Positions 27,681 through 30,878 of a DNA stretch of 30,878 nt are shown here, piece after piece. This stretch comes from a virus (Duplodnaviria; Heunggongvirae; Uroviricota; Caudoviricetes), in IMG/VR virus record IMGVR_UViG_2534682158_000010, positions 1 through 30,878 of that record. One strand, given 5' to 3'. Under the pieces are notes generated by a model. That model saw nothing but the letters and a program-made list of their open reading frames with translations. It made no database searches and was not told where the DNA came from. A program made the position numbers and the translations under genes. Each line of letters begins with the position of its first letter. Position 1 is the stretch's first letter.

Positions 27681-28292
27681 TCAACTGGCTGTAGAAAGTT
27701 GTTTTTCAGGCCAGTTGAGATCTGGTGCCGTGGTTAAATCCATCGCGTTCAGCTCGTCTATATAATCTAGCACGGAGTTAAGCTGTGTGGTTTCTGCCTG
27801 CGTCAACTTCCGTCCAGCCTGTAATTTCAACTGAATCAGACTAATGGAAGCCATCGCAGTATCAATCAATGACTGACGTTTTGTTTCTGCTGCCTCTACA
27901 GCTGCACTATGTTGAGCCTCAGTATCAACCACCCATTTCTCTCCATCCCATTTGTCGTATGGTGTTAGCGGGGCGATAGTGGTTGTATTTTCCGGATAGT
28001 CACCCAACACCGTGATTTCTTCGGGATTCCCAGTGTCAATGCTATAGACAGTTTCGCCACGATGATCTGGCACATACTCCCATGAACTTAAATCCTCTGA
28101 ACGGAGAATCGCATAACCTGCTTTATGTGAGCCTGGAGCATCCAAACAAGAATTTGCCGGAATACCAACGCCAACAGCAAGATATTCAGTTGATGCAGAA
28201 ATATATTCCCGATTACCACCATCATAGTTATAAACGATAATGTTTCCTGCCTGTATGGCTATAAGTTCGCTATTTAATATCGCATTATCCAT
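27681..28292 (-). CDS. Tail fibre assembly protein (Tfa / U-like chaperone)
   Basis: 203 aa; C-terminal region LIDTAMASISLIQLKLQAGRKLTQAETTQLNSVLDYIDELNAMDLT typical of Tfa proteins; start overlaps cassette C stop (TAATG). Confidence 0.85.
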   Translation of the reverse strand: MDNAILNSELIAIQAGNIIVYNYDGGNREYISASTEYLAVGVGIPANSCLDAPGSHKAGYAILRSEDLSSWEYVPDHRGETVYSIDTGNPEEITVLGDYPENTTTIAPLTPYDKWDGEKWVVDTEAQHSAAVEAAETKRQSLIDTAMASISLIQLKLQAGRKLTQAETTQLNSVLDYIDELNAMDLTTAPDLNWPEKQLSTAS

Positions 28293-28750
28293 TATGCTGC
28301 TCTCACAATATAATTGAAGGCAATGTTACGTGGGCGGGTTTCATTCCCCCCAGATAACTCCGTTCTGTATTGACTGGTAAATTTACCATTAATCGCTCCT
28401 TCTTGGACGGCGTTATCTGTCGACAACAGACTATCCCCCCCTCTGTCATTTGGCACCAATACCGTGTTATCCCACGCGTCCCATGACCGAATATTATGAT
28501 AATGACTTCCTGTTAACCACCCCTGTATGCTTAAGATGCCCCTTCCCGCATCCACACCTCGCCCATCATCCCAACCACGGATAAACTCACCGCGTAAATC
28601 AGGTAATTTTAACGTTGGGTAAACCTTTGCCAGATTTGGGTACTTTTCAGAAGAAAATGCTGCTCCGTTACATTTCAGCCACCCCGTTGGTGGTGTGGCT
28701 GAGGGCCACGGAACAGGCACGCCAACGGGCAGTGCCGAGCCTTCCCCCAA
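28292..28750 (-). CDS. Silent tail-fibre C-terminal cassette C, translationally coupled to Tfa
   Basis: Conserved ends; unique centre (GWLTGSHYHNIRSWDAWDNTVLVPNDRGG...). Confidence 0.75.
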   Translation of the reverse strand: MGEGSALPVGVPVPWPSATPPTGWLKCNGAAFSSEKYPNLAKVYPTLKLPDLRGEFIRGWDDGRGVDAGRGILSIQGWLTGSHYHNIRSWDAWDNTVLVPNDRGGDSLLSTDNAVQEGAINGKFTSQYRTELSGGNETRPRNIAFNYIVRAA

Positions 28751-28767
28751 ACCAACGTTTTCATGCT
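28742..28767 (-). other. Invertase crossover site s4
   Basis: Plus strand reads TTCCCCCAAACC-AA-CGTTTTCATGCT. Confidence 0.7.
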
Positions 28768-29267
28768 GCCCTTACGATGTAATTAAACGCAATGTTGCGT
28801 GGGCGGTTTTCGTTTGCAGTTGGAACAATTTTTGAAGCATCAAGGCCAATCACTTTTGGGTAAACAGCGCCGTCTGTCCTTTCTGTCACCATACTTCTGA
28901 CTAAGGAAAAATAACTATTGTTTGTTGAGGGAGTTAAAGGCACCACTGCCCCCTTAAACGAGCCTACTGATTCCCATATTGAATAATTTTCAGTATTTAC
29001 AGTCTTGAACTCACCATAGATATTACGTATGGCATCACCTTGAGCGGATAATATTGTTCTCCCCGCATCCACACCACGTCCGTCATCCCAGCCGCGAATA
29101 AACTCACCGCGTAAATCCGGTAATTTATTGGTGGGATAAGCCTTTGCCAGTTCTGGGTATTCTTCAGCAGAAAAAGCTGCTCCGTTGCATTTTAGCCAGC
29201 CTGTTGGCGGAGTGGCTGAGGGCCATGGAACAGGTACGCCAACAGGCAATGCTGAGCCTTCCCCCAA
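28761..29267 (-). CDS. Silent tail-fibre C-terminal cassette A' (near-identical copy of A)
   Basis: 168 aa; differs from cassette 29756..30262 at 2 residues. Confidence 0.75.
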   Translation of the reverse strand: MGEGSALPVGVPVPWPSATPPTGWLKCNGAAFSAEEYPELAKAYPTNKLPDLRGEFIRGWDDGRGVDAGRTILSAQGDAIRNIYGEFKTVNTENYSIWESVGSFKGAVVPLTPSTNNSYFSLVRSMVTERTDGAVYPKVIGLDASKIVPTANENRPRNIAFNYIVRAA

Positions 29268-29284
29268 ACCAACGTTTTCATGCT
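29259..29284 (-). other. Invertase crossover site s5
   Basis: TTCCCCCAAACC-AA-CGTTTTCATGCT. Confidence 0.7.
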
Positions 29285-29745
29285 GCCCTTACGATGTAAT
29301 TAAACGCAATGTTATGGGGGCGTGTTTCAGATGCTGTGCGAACTGAGCGAGAGGCGTCGAATGTCCATACAGAAGCACCATATCCTTCAATGATCTCAGT
29401 TGGTTGTAAGCCTACTGATAATATAGAGTCAGTTTGACTAAATGGTCCTGAATTAAGCGCATCTTTAAAAAGCTGAGTACGCCCAAAAGTGCCAACTATA
29501 TTCTGAATAGCGTCAGACTGTGCAGACAGTAGGTTGCGCCCATTATCAACGCCCCGTCCGTCATCCCAGCCGCGAATAAATTCGCCCCGTAAATCCGGTA
29601 ATTTATTGGTGGGGTAGGCCTTTGCCAGATTGGGGTACATTTCAGAAGAAAATGCTGCACCGTTACATTTCAGCCACCCCGTTGGCGGCGTGGCTGAGGG
29701 CCATGGAACGGGCACACCAACGGGCAGTGCAGAGCCTTCCCCCAA
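29278..29745 (-). CDS. Silent tail-fibre C-terminal cassette B
   Basis: 155 aa; divergent paralogue of B' (26186..26653); C-terminal motif carries H in place of R (ETRPHNIAFNYIVRAA). Confidence 0.75.
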   Translation of the reverse strand: MGEGSALPVGVPVPWPSATPPTGWLKCNGAAFSSEMYPNLAKAYPTNKLPDLRGEFIRGWDDGRGVDNGRNLLSAQSDAIQNIVGTFGRTQLFKDALNSGPFSQTDSILSVGLQPTEIIEGYGASVWTFDASRSVRTASETRPHNIAFNYIVRAA

Positions 29746-29762
29746 ACCAACGTTTTCATGCT
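29737..29762 (-). other. Invertase crossover site s6
   Basis: TTCCCCCAAACC-AA-CGTTTTCATGCT. Confidence 0.7.
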
Positions 29763-30262
29763 GCCCTTACGATGTAATTAAACGCAATGTTGCGTGGGCG
29801 GTTTTCGTTTGCAGTTGGAACAATTTTTGAAGCATCAAGGCCAATCACTTTTGGGTAAACAGCGCCGTCTGTCCTTTCTGTCACCATACTTCTGACTAAG
29901 GAAAAATAACTATTGTTTGTTGAGGGATTTAAAGGCACCACTGCCCCCTTAAACGAGCCTACTGATTCCCATATTGAATAATTTTCAGTATTTACAGTCT
30001 TGAACTCACCATAGATATTACGTATGGCATCACCTTGAGCGGATAATATTGTTCTCCCCGCATCCACACCACGTCCGTCATCCCAGCCGCGAATAAACTC
30101 ACCGCGTAAATCCGGTAATTTATCGGTGGGATAAGCCTTTGCCAGTTCTGGGTATTCTTCAGCAGAAAAAGCTGCTCCGTTGCATTTTAGCCAGCCTGTT
30201 GGCGGAGTGGCTGAGGGCCACGGAACAGGTACGCCAACAGGCAATGCTGAGCCTTCCCCCAA
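29756..30262 (-). CDS. Silent tail-fibre C-terminal cassette A
   Basis: 168 aa; conserved ends, unique centre (GDAIRNIYGEFKTVNTENYSIWESVGSFKG...). Confidence 0.75.
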   Translation of the reverse strand: MGEGSALPVGVPVPWPSATPPTGWLKCNGAAFSAEEYPELAKAYPTDKLPDLRGEFIRGWDDGRGVDAGRTILSAQGDAIRNIYGEFKTVNTENYSIWESVGSFKGAVVPLNPSTNNSYFSLVRSMVTERTDGAVYPKVIGLDASKIVPTANENRPRNIAFNYIVRAA

Positions 30263-30279
30263 ACCAACGTTTTCATGCT
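30254..30279 (-). other. Invertase crossover site s7
   Basis: TTCCCCCAAACC-AA-CGTTTTCATGCT. Confidence 0.7.
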
Positions 30280-30878
30280 GCCCTTACGATGTAATTAAAT
30301 GCGATATTTCGCGGCCTGACAGCAACAAAATTTATACCATCACCTACAGAGTTACTGGTGAAATTAAATCGTGAAAATCCTGGCTGATTTCCGACGATGC
30401 CATCATGAAAATTAATTGCGTGCCCCGCACCATCACCTATATTTCCGGCACGCTGAGAAAAGTTTGTAGCCTCTTGGCTGCTTAATAATGCTCGCCCATT
30501 GTCCACACCTCGTCCATCATCCCAACCTCGAATAAATTCGCCCCGTAGATCCGGCAATTTATTGGTGGGGTAAACCTTTGCCAGATTTGGGTACTTTTCA
30601 GAAGAAAATGCTGCTCCGTTACATTTCAGCCACCCCGTTGGCGGTGTGGCTGAGGGCCACGGAACAGGCACACCAACGGGCAGCGCCGAGCCTTCTCCTA
30701 AACCAAGGTAATCAAGAACGCTCTGAATACTGGTCTTACCAAGAATGGCGCGTCCAACACTTGTCAATGCAGTTAACGCGGCACGATCAACACCTGTGAA
30801 ATAAGGGAGTTTATCTGCTGCTGTAGCTAGTGCCGCTAGGGCAGTGAGCGTAGCGTCTGCCGCTTGCTTTCCATTAGC
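30273..30878 (-). CDS. Tail fibre protein S, 3' portion: constant part fused to the currently expressed cassette F (5' end beyond the window)
   Basis: Frame is open from the window edge (ANGKQAADATLTALAALATAADKLPYFTGVDRAALTALTSVGRAILGKTSIQSVLDYLGLGEGSALP...) through cassette F; the TTG at 30767 is not a real start. Confidence 0.85.
   Translation of the reverse strand, partial: ANGKQAADATLTALAALATAADKLPYFTGVDRAALTALTSVGRAILGKTSIQSVLDYLGLGEGSALPVGVPVPWPSATPPTGWLKCNGAAFSSEKYPNLAKVYPTNKLPDLRGEFIRGWDDGRGVDNGRALLSSQEATNFSQRAGNIGDGAGHAINFHDGIVGNQPGFSRFNFTSNSVGDGINFVAVRPRNIAFNYIVRAA
30693..30718 (-). other. Invertase crossover site s8 at the junction of the S constant part and cassette F
   Basis: TTCTCCTAAACC-AA-GGTAATCAAGAA; the best-palindromic of the eight sites. 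Confidence 0.7.

Larger units (their letters stand above)
28741..29300. repeat. Direct repeat copy 1 (about 560 bp, over 99 percent identical to 29736..30295)
   Basis: Three mismatches found by direct comparison with copy 2. Confidence 0.85.
29736..30295. repeat. Direct repeat copy 2
   Basis: See copy 1; the two copies are separated by cassette B. Confidence 0.85.

Noticed and set aside
26169-30718. CRISPR array or diversity-generating retroelement as explanation for the tandem repeated units
   Set aside because: The repeat units are about 480-500 bp protein-coding cassettes, not 28-37 bp repeats with spacers; no cas genes or reverse transcriptase; variation is explained by the invertase and crossover sites.

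Overview
This 30.9 kb window reads as a contiguous segment of a P1-like (Punavirus-type) plasmid-prophage; all comparisons to phage P1 are from memory, as no searches were run. Left to right: the cre recombinase region (loxP itself not seen), ref, a mat-like late gene, a low-GC GNAT acetyltransferase gene in the slot where P1 (as I recall) carries its type III res/mod genes, then lxc-ulx-darB on the minus strand, prt-pro, lyz, ssb, two unrecognised accessory genes, and the lydA-lydB-hdf-darA-ddrA-ddrB operon. The right 5.6 kb is the most striking part: a decayed remnant of a Cin-like invertase gene sits beside an intact Gin/Min-family serine invertase that adjoins a 4.5 kb multiple-inversion region with eight crossover sites and eight tail-fibre C-terminal cassettes, but only one tail-fibre assembly gene. 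This class resembles the Min multi-inversion system of plasmid p15B, so it is probably an expanded, rearranged variant rather than an entirely new mechanism. Regulatory signals include three 17-bp C1-operator-like motifs, a shared late-promoter-like motif upstream of three late genes, and several intrinsic terminators. The window ends inside the tail-fibre S gene.
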